Shown: positions 47,527 through 56,445 of the stretch, piece after piece
How the letters are laid out: every line of letters begins with the position of its first letter
Numbering within the stretch: position 1 is the first letter of the stretch
IMG/VR virus record: IMGVR_UViG_3300033066_001625
Location: 1 to 64,000 of that record
Source: a virus
Taxonomy: Duplodnaviria > Caudoviricetes
Direction: 5' to 3' (one strand)
Length of the DNA stretch: 64,000 bases
Translations under genes and position numbers: made by a program
Notes under the pieces: generated by a model
Told to the model about the DNA's origin: nothing
What the model saw: only the letters and a program-made list of their open reading frames with translations
Database searches by the model: none

Positions 47527-48663
47527 ATGAAAGTATGTTGGTTTGGATTTTTAGGCAAAAATCATAGTTGGTCTATTGTTGCCCAAAATATCTCTAGAGA
47601 ATTGATCAGATTGGGGCATGAGGTAGATTTGTTTTCTACCAATGGTTTAGAACACTTTCCAGAAGACCTAAAACCATATCTCAAAGGTTCTATAGAAGAA
47701 TCTACACAAGTCACAGCAAACAATTATCAATCTATAATCGGCGGCAAATTAGACACCAAGTATGATATGCAACTATCATATACTGCTTTGAAGAATTTTC
47801 CTCACTATTTTGTTAGAGGAAACAAAAACAGATTTGGTATTTGGAATTACGAAACCACCGTATTACCAACAGCTTTTGCCAAGTGCTATAAAGCTGTGGA
47901 TAAAGTATTGCCCTCTTCTTCTTTTTCGAAGAAGATATTCATGGACAATGGTATTCCTGCCGAAAATCAAGTGATGATACCACATGGTATTCATTTGGAT
48001 AGATTTCAAAACCTATCTAAATATCCTCTTAAAACTAAAAAGAAGTACAAGATACTTGCCAATATCGCTCAGCCGCATCTGAGAAAAAACATTCCTAATT
48101 TGTTGAAAACCTACGGTAAGGCATTCACTAAAAATGATGACGTATGTTTAGTTTTGAAGATTTCAAAACGCAATAGTAAAACTTCTTTCGAAGTCAATTT
48201 TGATGAGATTTACAAAGACTTCAAAACTAAATTCAAAAACCACGGAGATATAGAGATTTTGGATAAGTTCATTGTAGATATTGAATGTCTTTACAATGCT
48301 TGTGATATGGTAATTACTATGGCTAATAGTGAGTGTTTTTGGATGCCAGGTTTAGAGGGATTTGCTGCCAACAAAATTGTGGTTGCACCTCGTTACGGCG
48401 GGCAGCTGGATTACATGAACGATGACAATTCTATTTTGATTGGTGGAAAAGAGATTCGCGCCGATATTAAGATGCAATATTGGGAGCCATCTGCTTATGC
48501 AAAAGTATTTGCTCCGGATGTTGATGAGTGTGCAGCCAAATTGAAAGATGTTATCGCTAACTATGATGATTATCTAGCTAAGTTTTCTCCCAAGATGCAA
48601 GAAATATTGCCTCAGTATACTTGGAGAAATGTCACTGAGAGAATTGTTTCTTTGTGTGAGTGA
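47527..48663 (+). CDS. Glycosyltransferase, GT-B fold, family 4-like
   Basis: RKNIPNLL motif, E-x7-E (SECFWMPGLEG), PHGIHLDRF, YTWRNV C-terminus. Confidence 0.88.
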   Translation: MKVCWFGFLGKNHSWSIVAQNISRELIRLGHEVDLFSTNGLEHFPEDLKPYLKGSIEESTQVTANNYQSIIGGKLDTKYDMQLSYTALKNFPHYFVRGNKNRFGIWNYETTVLPTAFAKCYKAVDKVLPSSSFSKKIFMDNGIPAENQVMIPHGIHLDRFQNLSKYPLKTKKKYKILANIAQPHLRKNIPNLLKTYGKAFTKNDDVCLVLKISKRNSKTSFEVNFDEIYKDFKTKFKNHGDIEILDKFIVDIECLYNACDMVITMANSECFWMPGLEGFAANKIVVAPRYGGQLDYMNDDNSILIGGKEIRADIKMQYWEPSAYAKVFAPDVDECAAKLKDVIANYDDYLAKFSPKMQEILPQYTWRNVTERIVSLCE

Positions 48664-48666
48664 ATT

Positions 48667-48885
48667 ATGGAACCTATTAGACAAGAATTGGTTGTTTTGC
48701 CGGCTGATCCTGGTGTAGTTCATTTGGCAGCACATCGTCGACTTGTGATTACATCTGATGGCAAATTCCGCGTCAAGAAAAATACTGGCAAAATAGGGTT
48801 TACAGTCAGAGAAACAATAGGCATTGCAGTTATCAATACCAGGGGTGTTTCAAAGGGCAACAAATCTGTTATTATTGGTACATAA
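48667..48885 (+). CDS. Hypothetical protein
   Basis: 72-aa ORF filling the gap between GT4 and Fpg/Nei. Confidence 0.55.
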   Translation: MEPIRQELVVLPADPGVVHLAAHRRLVITSDGKFRVKKNTGKIGFTVRETIGIAVINTRGVSKGNKSVIIGT

Positions 48886-48915
48886 ATTTCATATTCATAA
48901 TTTGGAGATTATATT

Positions 48916-49779
48916 ATGCCTGAAGGCGTTGAAGTAAAGATTAGTGGTGAACTAATAAAACCATTAGTTCAAAACAAATATGTAAGTAAAGTTCGTTTTG
49001 ATGATGATAGTAGATATGGATACAATAAACCAGAGGCAGAAGGTCATAAAGAGTTTCTAGATTCTTTTAGGAAATTAGAAAATATTGGATATGTTGTTTC
49101 ACCTTTGAAGATTATTGATGTCAAATCAAAAGGCAAATTCATGTACTGGCAATTTGATAATGGCTGGTACATGTTTTGTACTTTTGGGATGACGGGGCAA
49201 TGGTCTCCAAATCCTGGCAAACATATTTGTATGACCATGAAACTATATGATGATGAAGGTAAGTTTAGCGAAGTCTATTTCAATGACCCTAGACACTTCG
49301 GTTCTATTAAATTTGTTTCATCTGAGAAAGAACTCAAAGAAAAGCTTGGAGAATTTGGTTGGGATCCTTTACAAACTCCATTAGATAAGTGGTCAGATTG
49401 GATAAAATCCGAATTGAAAAAATCAAAGAAGCCAATTGGACAAGTTCTATTGGATCAATCTGTCTTTGCAGGAGTTGGCAATTATATTAGAGCGGAAGCT
49501 TTGTATGATGCCAAGATTTCTCCTTGGAAGTTGTGCAAAAACATGTCAAGTACAGAAGTTGATACTTTGTGTGAGTCAATCATAAAAGTTATGAAAGAAT
49601 CTTACGATCATCAGGGCGCAACGCTTCTCACTTACAAAGATGCTTATGGCAATGAAGGCAAGTATTCTTCCTGTTTTAAGGTTTATGGTAAAACCAAAGA
49701 TCCATTGGGCAATTCCATAAAATCTGAATCGACACCAGAAGGAAGAACTATTCATTGGTGTCCCGCAATCCAAAAATAA
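48916..49779 (+). CDS. Fpg/Nei family DNA glycosylase/AP lyase, zincless-finger type
   Basis: N-terminal catalytic PE (MPEGVEV), KGKF, DPRHFG, H2TH GVGNYIRAEALY; C-terminal GRTIHWCPAIQK without four zinc-binding Cys. Confidence 0.93.
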   Translation: MPEGVEVKISGELIKPLVQNKYVSKVRFDDDSRYGYNKPEAEGHKEFLDSFRKLENIGYVVSPLKIIDVKSKGKFMYWQFDNGWYMFCTFGMTGQWSPNPGKHICMTMKLYDDEGKFSEVYFNDPRHFGSIKFVSSEKELKEKLGEFGWDPLQTPLDKWSDWIKSELKKSKKPIGQVLLDQSVFAGVGNYIRAEALYDAKISPWKLCKNMSSTEVDTLCESIIKVMKESYDHQGATLLTYKDAYGNEGKYSSCFKVYGKTKDPLGNSIKSESTPEGRTIHWCPAIQK

Positions 49780-49829
49780 TCTTTAATCACCAGATATAGA
49801 GGTAGCGAACTTTCATGAAGAGATGAAAT

Positions 49830-50795
49830 ATGTCGCTATCAACTAAGATATTAATTGCCCTCGGAGTAATCCTAGTCATTCTTGGACTAGGATTCATCAT
49901 CTATAAACAAAACGAAATCTCAACTCGTCAACAAGCCATTGAAACACAAATTATTCGGCAAAAAGAATTGGCTGACAATATCATGCGTTCGCAAAGTGGT
50001 TATGCCACCAAAGATGATATTGAAAAATTTATCAAAGACAATGGTGTAAATCTAAAAGCTATTCAAGATGATTTGAATAAGCTACACGCTTCTATTAGTG
50101 CAGCCAATACAGTAGTAGTGATGAGTTCTGGACAAACAGCAGGTAATTTGCCTAGTAGTTCAACTGGTGTAGTTAATCCCACTCCTACTACCGTAGATAC
50201 TTATGGCTATTTGAAAAATGCACAATTACTAAATCTTCACGAAGACTTTTCGGGAACTCCTGTTCCGATTGGTCAAGTGGGATTTTCCGCATGGCAACAA
50301 AATCCATGGAATATTAACATCTCTCCAAGAGCATATAAAGTAACAAATGTTATTGGAACAGATGACAATCAAAGAACATATGTGTATAATAAATTCATAG
50401 TAACCGTTGACAACAAGGACTATGAGGTTAAGATAGCTAAGGCAGAAACTAAGCAAGAGTATCCAACAGCTAAATGGAGTTGGTGGAATCCTAGATTGTT
50501 TATTGGTGCCGATGGTGGAATTACAGTTAGTAAAGTTAAGGGAGAGTTTACCCCTAGCCTTAACTTAGGTATTATGTCTTATGGTCAGTACAAGACTTCA
50601 CCTGACTTCTCCGTACTACAAGTAGGTGTGGGTATAGGAGTTGTATCACAAAGACCACAATTCATTCTTACTCCTGCGGCTTATAATATTGGTAAACATA
50701 TTCCATTGATGAATAATACTTACATAGCACCTTCTGTGCAAGTTGGTACAGACGGTAGTGTTTCAATTATGGCGGGATTAAGGGTAGGACTATAA
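49830..50795 (+). CDS. Membrane-anchored protein with coiled coil and C-terminal amphipathic beta-strands (spanin-like candidate)
   Basis: N-terminal TM helix ILIALGVILVILGLGFIIY, coiled coil, then alternating-pattern strands ending in AGLRVGL. Confidence 0.5.
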   Translation: MSLSTKILIALGVILVILGLGFIIYKQNEISTRQQAIETQIIRQKELADNIMRSQSGYATKDDIEKFIKDNGVNLKAIQDDLNKLHASISAANTVVVMSSGQTAGNLPSSSTGVVNPTPTTVDTYGYLKNAQLLNLHEDFSGTPVPIGQVGFSAWQQNPWNINISPRAYKVTNVIGTDDNQRTYVYNKFIVTVDNKDYEVKIAKAETKQEYPTAKWSWWNPRLFIGADGGITVSKVKGEFTPSLNLGIMSYGQYKTSPDFSVLQVGVGIGVVSQRPQFILTPAAYNIGKHIPLMNNTYIAPSVQVGTDGSVSIMAGLRVGL

Positions 50796-50800
50796 CAAAT

Positions 50801-50998
50801 ATGGAACTTGGAATTTACAGACATTACAAAGGAAAACTATACGAAGTAACCTCAGTTGCTAAACATACTGAGACTTTGGAAGAAATGGTTGTTTATAGGG
50901 ATCTCAAAGACCAATATTGGGTTCGACCTTTGTCAATGTTTTTAGAACAAGTGGAGGTTGACGGTTCTTGGATTCCTAGATTTGAAAAGGCAATATGA
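50801..50998 (+). CDS. DUF1653 domain protein
   Basis: GIYRHYKG..YEV..VAKHTET.E.MVVYR.L...WVRP..MF...V..PRF is the DUF1653 pattern. Confidence 0.88.
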   Translation: MELGIYRHYKGKLYEVTSVAKHTETLEEMVVYRDLKDQYWVRPLSMFLEQVEVDGSWIPRFEKAI

Positions 50999-51954
50999 GT
51001 AGGAAAAAAGTCTTAATAACTGGTTCTTGTGGTTTCATTTTTGGCAATTTTGTTAGAAAAGCCATCTATGAGAAACACCCATATCAATTCGTCAGCTTAG
51101 ATAGGGTAAGTGCCAATGCCATTAATTCTATGTATTGGAATAAGAATCATACTTTCCATGTCGCTGACGTAAGAGATCAACATATCATAGATGTCATCTT
51201 TCAATTCGAGAAGCCTGATATTGTGATTCATGGGGCAGCCGAAACTTTTATAGATTCATCTTTAAATGACCCCAATTCTTTCGTCACTTCTAATGTTTTG
51301 GGAACACAAGTTATTATCAATGCTTGTTTGAAACACAAAGTAGAGAGATTAATCTATGTGTCTACAGATAGTGTTTATGGGCACTTAGAAAGTGAACATG
51401 ATCCTCTCTGGACCGAGGACTCGCCCTTAAATCCAAGAAATTCTTACGCTGTTACCAAAGCCGCCGGTGAGATGTTGGTTAAAGCTGCCCACCAATCTCA
51501 TGGTCTAATTTATAACATTACTAGAAGTTCCAGTAACTATGGTCCACGCCAAACGCCGGAGAAATTGATTCCCAAGGCGATTAAGAGCATTCTACATGGG
51601 GAGAAGATTCCTATCTATGGTCAAGGATTACAGATAAGGGATTGGACGCATGTATTTGACAATTGTTCAGCAATTTTGACGGTTCTGAATAAAGGGGATC
51701 CCAACCAAGTCTATAATATTTCTGCCAATCAAGAATTGACTAATCTAGAGGTTATTCAAAAGGTTTGTAATGCGGTAGAAAAAGGTCATGAATTGATTTC
51801 ATTTGTGGAAGATCCTCGTGTGGGGCATGACTTTAGACATGGCGCAGACTCTTCAAAGATCAGGTCTTTAGGTTGGGAGCCCAAATACAAGTTTAAGGAT
51901 GGCGTTATAGAGACCGTCGGATGGTATTTGAATAATCAATGGTTTTTGAAGTGA
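50995..51954 (+). CDS. rfbB: dTDP-glucose 4,6-dehydratase-like extended SDR (RmlB/RfbB family, divergent active site)
   Basis: TGSCGFI, HGAAET..D.S...P..F..SNV.GT, STDSVYG, YAVTK, NYGP..TPEKLIP, GLQIRDW, DPRVGHD. Confidence 0.8.
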   Translation: MSRKKVLITGSCGFIFGNFVRKAIYEKHPYQFVSLDRVSANAINSMYWNKNHTFHVADVRDQHIIDVIFQFEKPDIVIHGAAETFIDSSLNDPNSFVTSNVLGTQVIINACLKHKVERLIYVSTDSVYGHLESEHDPLWTEDSPLNPRNSYAVTKAAGEMLVKAAHQSHGLIYNITRSSSNYGPRQTPEKLIPKAIKSILHGEKIPIYGQGLQIRDWTHVFDNCSAILTVLNKGDPNQVYNISANQELTNLEVIQKVCNAVEKGHELISFVEDPRVGHDFRHGADSSKIRSLGWEPKYKFKDGVIETVGWYLNNQWFLK

Positions 51955-51961
51955 GGGAAAT

Positions 51962-52219
51962 ATGTCATTAAAATCTGCTGTAGAACTATTACAAATAGCG
52001 CATAATAGTATAGAAATCAAGAATGGTCCTTTCGGTAAAGGTAAGCATGCTTTAACGTTGGAAAATGGCACTTTGGTACTCACAATTAACACAGGTTATG
52101 AGTTCAAAAATTTCCTATTAGATGAGGCAGACCTGGTAAAAGATCCGCAAGAGTTAATTCTGGAAATCGTGGGATTTTTGGAGAGGGAAACGGCAGACCT
52201 TTTGAAAGAGATGAATTGA
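51962..52219 (+). CDS. Hypothetical protein
   Basis: 85-aa ORF with GAGGG RBS. Confidence 0.65.
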   Translation: MSLKSAVELLQIAHNSIEIKNGPFGKGKHALTLENGTLVLTINTGYEFKNFLLDEADLVKDPQELILEIVGFLERETADLLKEMN

Positions 52220-52220
52220 A

Positions 52221-53588
52221 ATGTCAGTTAAACATTCTATACAACAAGACAAACCAGAAGAAGTGATTGATGATATGACAGATAACAACGAAGAAAAAGA
52301 ACAACAAGATAAATTAGCCGCACTTAAAGCAAAAAGTCAAGCAAGACAACAAGAAAATCAAGCAAAAGCCGAGGCAAAGATGGCATCTAAGATTGTTTCA
52401 AAGAAGGAAAGAAGTCTAGCACTAGGAGTATTAGGTTCCGGTCAAGCTGGTTCAAGAATTGCAGAAGCGTTTTACAAACTTGGATATGATTCAATAGTAG
52501 TAAACACTGCTATGCAGGATCTTAAGTTTATTGATATTCCAGATTCTAATAAGTTATTGTTAGAGTATGGTTTGGGTGGTGCAGCCAAGGAAATTGAAAT
52601 TGGAAAAGCCGCCGCCGAAGCTCATCGTGGTGAGATTTTGCAATTGGTCAACGATAAACTAAGCTCTTCTCAAGTCAATCTATTGTGCTTGAGTTTGGGC
52701 GGTGGTTCTGGTGCAGGTTCCTGCGAAACTTTGGTTGAGCTATTGTCAGAATTAGGCAAGCCATTGATAGTTATTACCGTTTTACCAATGGACACGGAAG
52801 ATGCTCAAACTAAAAGCAACGCTTTGGAAACTTTATCTAAATTGGCTAAGATGGCACAATCTAAGAAAGTAAACAACTTGATTGTGGTAGATAATGCCAA
52901 AATAGAAACCATTTATCATCATGTTAGCCAAATGGATTTCTATAGTGTAGCCAACAAAGCCATTGTAGATCCAATTGATATGTTTAACACTCTTTCCTCT
53001 ATGCCATCTTCAACCAAGGCATTAGATCCTATGGAGTGGTCAAAGCTCTTTATTGATGGTGAAGGTTTAAGTGTCTATGGAGAATTCTCTGTAGAAAACT
53101 ATCAAGAAGATACTGCCATTGCTGAGGCTGTTATCAACAATCTTTCCGGCAATCTTTTGGCAGAAGGATTTGATCTCAAGCAATCAAAGTATGTTGGATT
53201 CATTATTGCCGCCAATAAGAATGTTTGGTCCAAAATTCCAGCATCTAGTGTTAACTACGCCAGCAGCATGATCAATGATTTATGTGGAAATCCAAAGGGA
53301 GTTTTCAAAGGAATGTATGTCATTGATTCTCCAGAAGATACAGTTAAAGTTTATTCTATGTTTTCTGGATTGGGATTACCTTCTGTCAGAGTTGAACAAC
53401 TTAAGAGTGAGACCAAAGAATTGCAATCCAAGGTTAAGACCAAGGATGAATCCAGAAATCTAACTCTACAGTTGGATACTGGAACCAATGACACTGTGTC
53501 TGCCGCTCAGAAAATCAAGGAAAAAATTGCTGCTAAGTCCTCTGCATTTGGCAAGCTTATGGGTGGCGTGGTAGACAGAAGAAAGTGA
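52221..53588 (+). CDS. Tubulin/FtsZ-superfamily GTPase (TubZ/PhuZ-like)
   Basis: GVLGSGQAGSRIA, VNTAMQD, GGAAKE...G, signature GGGSGAG, IVVDN, T7-like ALDPME; charged N-terminal extension and C-terminal tail. Confidence 0.9.
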   Translation: MSVKHSIQQDKPEEVIDDMTDNNEEKEQQDKLAALKAKSQARQQENQAKAEAKMASKIVSKKERSLALGVLGSGQAGSRIAEAFYKLGYDSIVVNTAMQDLKFIDIPDSNKLLLEYGLGGAAKEIEIGKAAAEAHRGEILQLVNDKLSSSQVNLLCLSLGGGSGAGSCETLVELLSELGKPLIVITVLPMDTEDAQTKSNALETLSKLAKMAQSKKVNNLIVVDNAKIETIYHHVSQMDFYSVANKAIVDPIDMFNTLSSMPSSTKALDPMEWSKLFIDGEGLSVYGEFSVENYQEDTAIAEAVINNLSGNLLAEGFDLKQSKYVGFIIAANKNVWSKIPASSVNYASSMINDLCGNPKGVFKGMYVIDSPEDTVKVYSMFSGLGLPSVRVEQLKSETKELQSKVKTKDESRNLTLQLDTGTNDTVSAAQKIKEKIAAKSSAFGKLMGGVVDRRK

Positions 53589-53656
53589 TATCTGCCGCAG
53601 AATAATTGATATTTTGTCGAGATGTGGGTACTAGTTATATATTGACTAGTACCCAT

Positions 53657-55174
53657 ATGACTAAGATAATCATCAAAGGCAACAACTCGCAAATTACCGA
53701 AGAATCTGATGTCAATCACATTCTCGCATTAGATAAACATTTGTCATTCAAGGTCCAAGGGGCAGAGCATACTGCTGCCTACAGAGGATTTTTTAACAAG
53801 GGTGGCGATTTCGTAAAGTGGGATGGCATGAAAAAACTGCTGACTCCCACTTTGCTTTTTCCATCTGGACTATTAGAAAGAGTTAAGGCGTTCTATGACG
53901 AAGCAGGAAAAACTTATGAAGTCGTGGATAAGCGCCCCGCCAAATCCATTGGAACTGAGAGACACATATTAGAAAATTTGAAGAAATTGGAGAAGGAGCC
54001 GCGCCCCTATCAGATGGAAATTCTCAAGGTCATTGACAACAATGATCGAGGAATTATTAAGGTAGCAACGGGTGGAGGTAAGAGCCTGATCGCCGCCCTT
54101 ATTGCCGCAAAATTGGGCAAGAAGACCATAATCTATGTAATTGGTAAAGATTTGCTTTATCAATTTTACGACTTTTTCTCTGAAGTGTTTGACGAAGAAA
54201 TTGGCATCATTGGTGATGGTAAATGTATCATCAAAGATATCAATATCGCCAGCATTTGGTCTGTGGGTCAAGCCATTGGTTTAGACAAAAAAGATATTCT
54301 GTTGGATGAAAATGGAGACGAAAAAGAAGTTGTAAAAAGCAAGTACATTGAAATCAATAAGATGATGAAAGAAGCTAAAGTTCACATCATTGATGAGTGT
54401 CACATGTCGGCTTGCGATACCATTCAACAGATTTTCAAAACATCTAAAGCAGAGCACATTTATGGATTAAGCGGTTCGCCTTGGAGAGATGATGGTGCTG
54501 ATTTACTGATCGAATCAATATTAGGTAAGTACATTGTTAATATCTCTGCTTCACAATTGATTAAGCAAGGGTTCCTAGCACAACCTTTAATCAGATTTAG
54601 AGTTGTGCCACCCTATCCATTGTTCTTGGACAAGGTTTATCCTTCTGTGTACAAGAAGTATGTGGTTGAGAATGAAGTAAGAAATGGTTTGGTTTTAGAT
54701 GCTGCCAAAACCATGGTTGAGAAGGGATACCAGACATTGGTTCTTTTCAATAGCTTGAAACATGGTAAGATTTTATATGAGTTGTTTCAAGAGCATATGA
54801 ATTGTGCGCTTCTTGATGGTAATAATGATCAAGAAGAAAGAGATAAAGTCAAGAAAGACTTAATGGAACACAAGATAGATTGTGTTTTAGCATCTAAGAT
54901 TTTTGATATTGGCGTTGATATACCCAGCTTATCTGGCTTGGTGATAGCTTGTGGCGGTAAATCTACAGTCAAAGCTTTACAAAGAGTAGGTAGAGTTATT
55001 AGAAAGTATCCTGGAAAAAAGTTTTCTGTCATTATAGATTTCGTAGACCAGGCTCATTTTTTGCAAGAACATTCTAAGATTAGATACAAAATCTATTCAT
55101 CCGAAGATGGCTTTGATGTTCAGCTTCCCAGCTCTGTAAAGTGGAGAAAAGGCAAATTGTCTAGCGAACAATGA
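53657..55174 (+). CDS. Superfamily 2 DNA helicase (UvsW/XPB-like)
   Basis: RPYQ, TGGGKS, IIDECH, GLSGSP, FDIGVDIP, LQRVGRVIR. ATG 53657. Confidence 0.92.
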   Translation: MTKIIIKGNNSQITEESDVNHILALDKHLSFKVQGAEHTAAYRGFFNKGGDFVKWDGMKKLLTPTLLFPSGLLERVKAFYDEAGKTYEVVDKRPAKSIGTERHILENLKKLEKEPRPYQMEILKVIDNNDRGIIKVATGGGKSLIAALIAAKLGKKTIIYVIGKDLLYQFYDFFSEVFDEEIGIIGDGKCIIKDINIASIWSVGQAIGLDKKDILLDENGDEKEVVKSKYIEINKMMKEAKVHIIDECHMSACDTIQQIFKTSKAEHIYGLSGSPWRDDGADLLIESILGKYIVNISASQLIKQGFLAQPLIRFRVVPPYPLFLDKVYPSVYKKYVVENEVRNGLVLDAAKTMVEKGYQTLVLFNSLKHGKILYELFQEHMNCALLDGNNDQEERDKVKKDLMEHKIDCVLASKIFDIGVDIPSLSGLVIACGGKSTVKALQRVGRVIRKYPGKKFSVIIDFVDQAHFLQEHSKIRYKIYSSEDGFDVQLPSSVKWRKGKLSSEQ

Positions 55175-55184
55175 TTGGTGAAAT

Positions 55185-55790
55185 ATGGTTAAGAAAAAAG
55201 AAGATGTAACTGGCGGTGAATTAACAGATGTTCCTAACGAACAATACAAGAAGTTTTTTGATAAATTCGCCGAAGTGGATACTCTAAGTCCGGAGAATTG
55301 GAAACCAGTTCATATACTAGGATATTTCTGTAAGAAGTATCAAGAGACTTATGATAAGAAATATCAGTTTAAGTTTAATAGTCCATCTCCCATGAAGTGT
55401 TTTGAAGTCTTTCAAGTAAAGAAACTGGCGATGCATTTGACTGCTAATCCAACTCTGTTGAAAGAATACATAGATTGGGTGTATGATAACAAAGTAGTCA
55501 AAGCTAAAAGAAGGTTAACTTCTATTTCTTTTATGACTAATGAAGGGATTGTAAATGAATACAAATTCAACGTACTTCTTGCGGGCAAAAGAAATCTCAA
55601 TGTCGATAGGTCAACACCTTTACCCGATAAGTATAAGACCATTTTTTCAGGAGCCGGCGTATCAATTAGCACTTATGGTGATTTGGCGTTTGTTTCTCAA
55701 ATGAGCGACATGTCTGATGAACTCAAAACAGCTTTCTCTACTATAGAGGAAATGGGTTTTGATAAGGAAGTCTTGGGAAGAATTGTATGA
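55185..55790 (+). CDS. Hypothetical protein, probably replication-associated
   Basis: 201-aa ORF between the SF2 helicase and the loader/DnaB genes; function from context only. Confidence 0.7.
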   Translation: MVKKKEDVTGGELTDVPNEQYKKFFDKFAEVDTLSPENWKPVHILGYFCKKYQETYDKKYQFKFNSPSPMKCFEVFQVKKLAMHLTANPTLLKEYIDWVYDNKVVKAKRRLTSISFMTNEGIVNEYKFNVLLAGKRNLNVDRSTPLPDKYKTIFSGAGVSISTYGDLAFVSQMSDMSDELKTAFSTIEEMGFDKEVLGRIV

Positions 55791-56128
55791 TCTTAGAATC
55801 TTATGCCAAACATGCAAAAAGATTTAGTGGCATGTCACCTCATCAAATACTACCCTCTTTGAATATTAAATGGGGGATGGCGACCACCAAACTAGAAACA
55901 ATAGAAGAAGATGTTAAGAGTTACATACAAAGTAATATGAAATTCTTAACAACTTTTATGGATTTCCCCGATGATTTAAATCAAAACCTCGATAAGATTA
56001 TCTGCTTCTATATTAATGATTTATTAATATCAGATGATGTGATTTGTTGTTTTGTATACACTGAGGAAACTCTTGATGATTTGCTTGTGAAAATGGAAAG
56101 AATAGTAAACATAAAGGCATTCATATGA
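55787..56128 (+). CDS. Small hypothetical protein, 'KAF-tail' family (...ERIVNIKAFI*)
   Basis: 113-aa ORF with ATGA overlaps at both ends. Confidence 0.7.
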   Translation: MILESYAKHAKRFSGMSPHQILPSLNIKWGMATTKLETIEEDVKSYIQSNMKFLTTFMDFPDDLNQNLDKIICFYINDLLISDDVICCFVYTEETLDDLLVKMERIVNIKAFI

Positions 56129-56445
56129 TTGTTTACAATAAAGAAGTAAGTGGGGCATTAGAAAAATTCTTAGCTGATAATAACTTAAAACAACCTGATG
56201 TATCAATGCTTTTTTCTTTTACTCATATTGAAGCAACTGGAGTATTCAAGGCTGATTTTCAAGAAGAAAATAGATATTATGATGCTCGAATATTTTTTAT
56301 CGTGCCCGAACAAGTTGCTGGCACATGCTTTCTACTTCCTTCTGAATACAATAGTGATATGAATGTAATGTATTTCATTACTCTAAGCCCAGAAGAAATA
56401 ATGAAGTTTTTGGATAAGTTTCCAAAGATAAAGGTGTTTTTATGA
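56125..56445 (+). CDS. Small hypothetical protein, 'KAF-tail' family (...DKFPKIKVFL*)
   Basis: 106-aa ORF with ATGA overlaps at both ends. Confidence 0.7.
   Translation: MIVYNKEVSGALEKFLADNNLKQPDVSMLFSFTHIEATGVFKADFQEENRYYDARIFFIVPEQVAGTCFLLPSEYNSDMNVMYFITLSPEEIMKFLDKFPKIKVFL

Noticed and set aside
50801-50998. DUF1653 C-terminus (RFEKAI*) as a KAF-tail member
   Set aside because: It lacks the conserved Phe at the -2 position, and the ending is explained by the DUF1653 family's own RF motif.
30594-53463. Short alternative-frame + strand ORFs (30594, 30903, 32870, 46639, 53275)
   Set aside because: Each is nested out of frame in a larger well-supported gene and has no RBS or motif.
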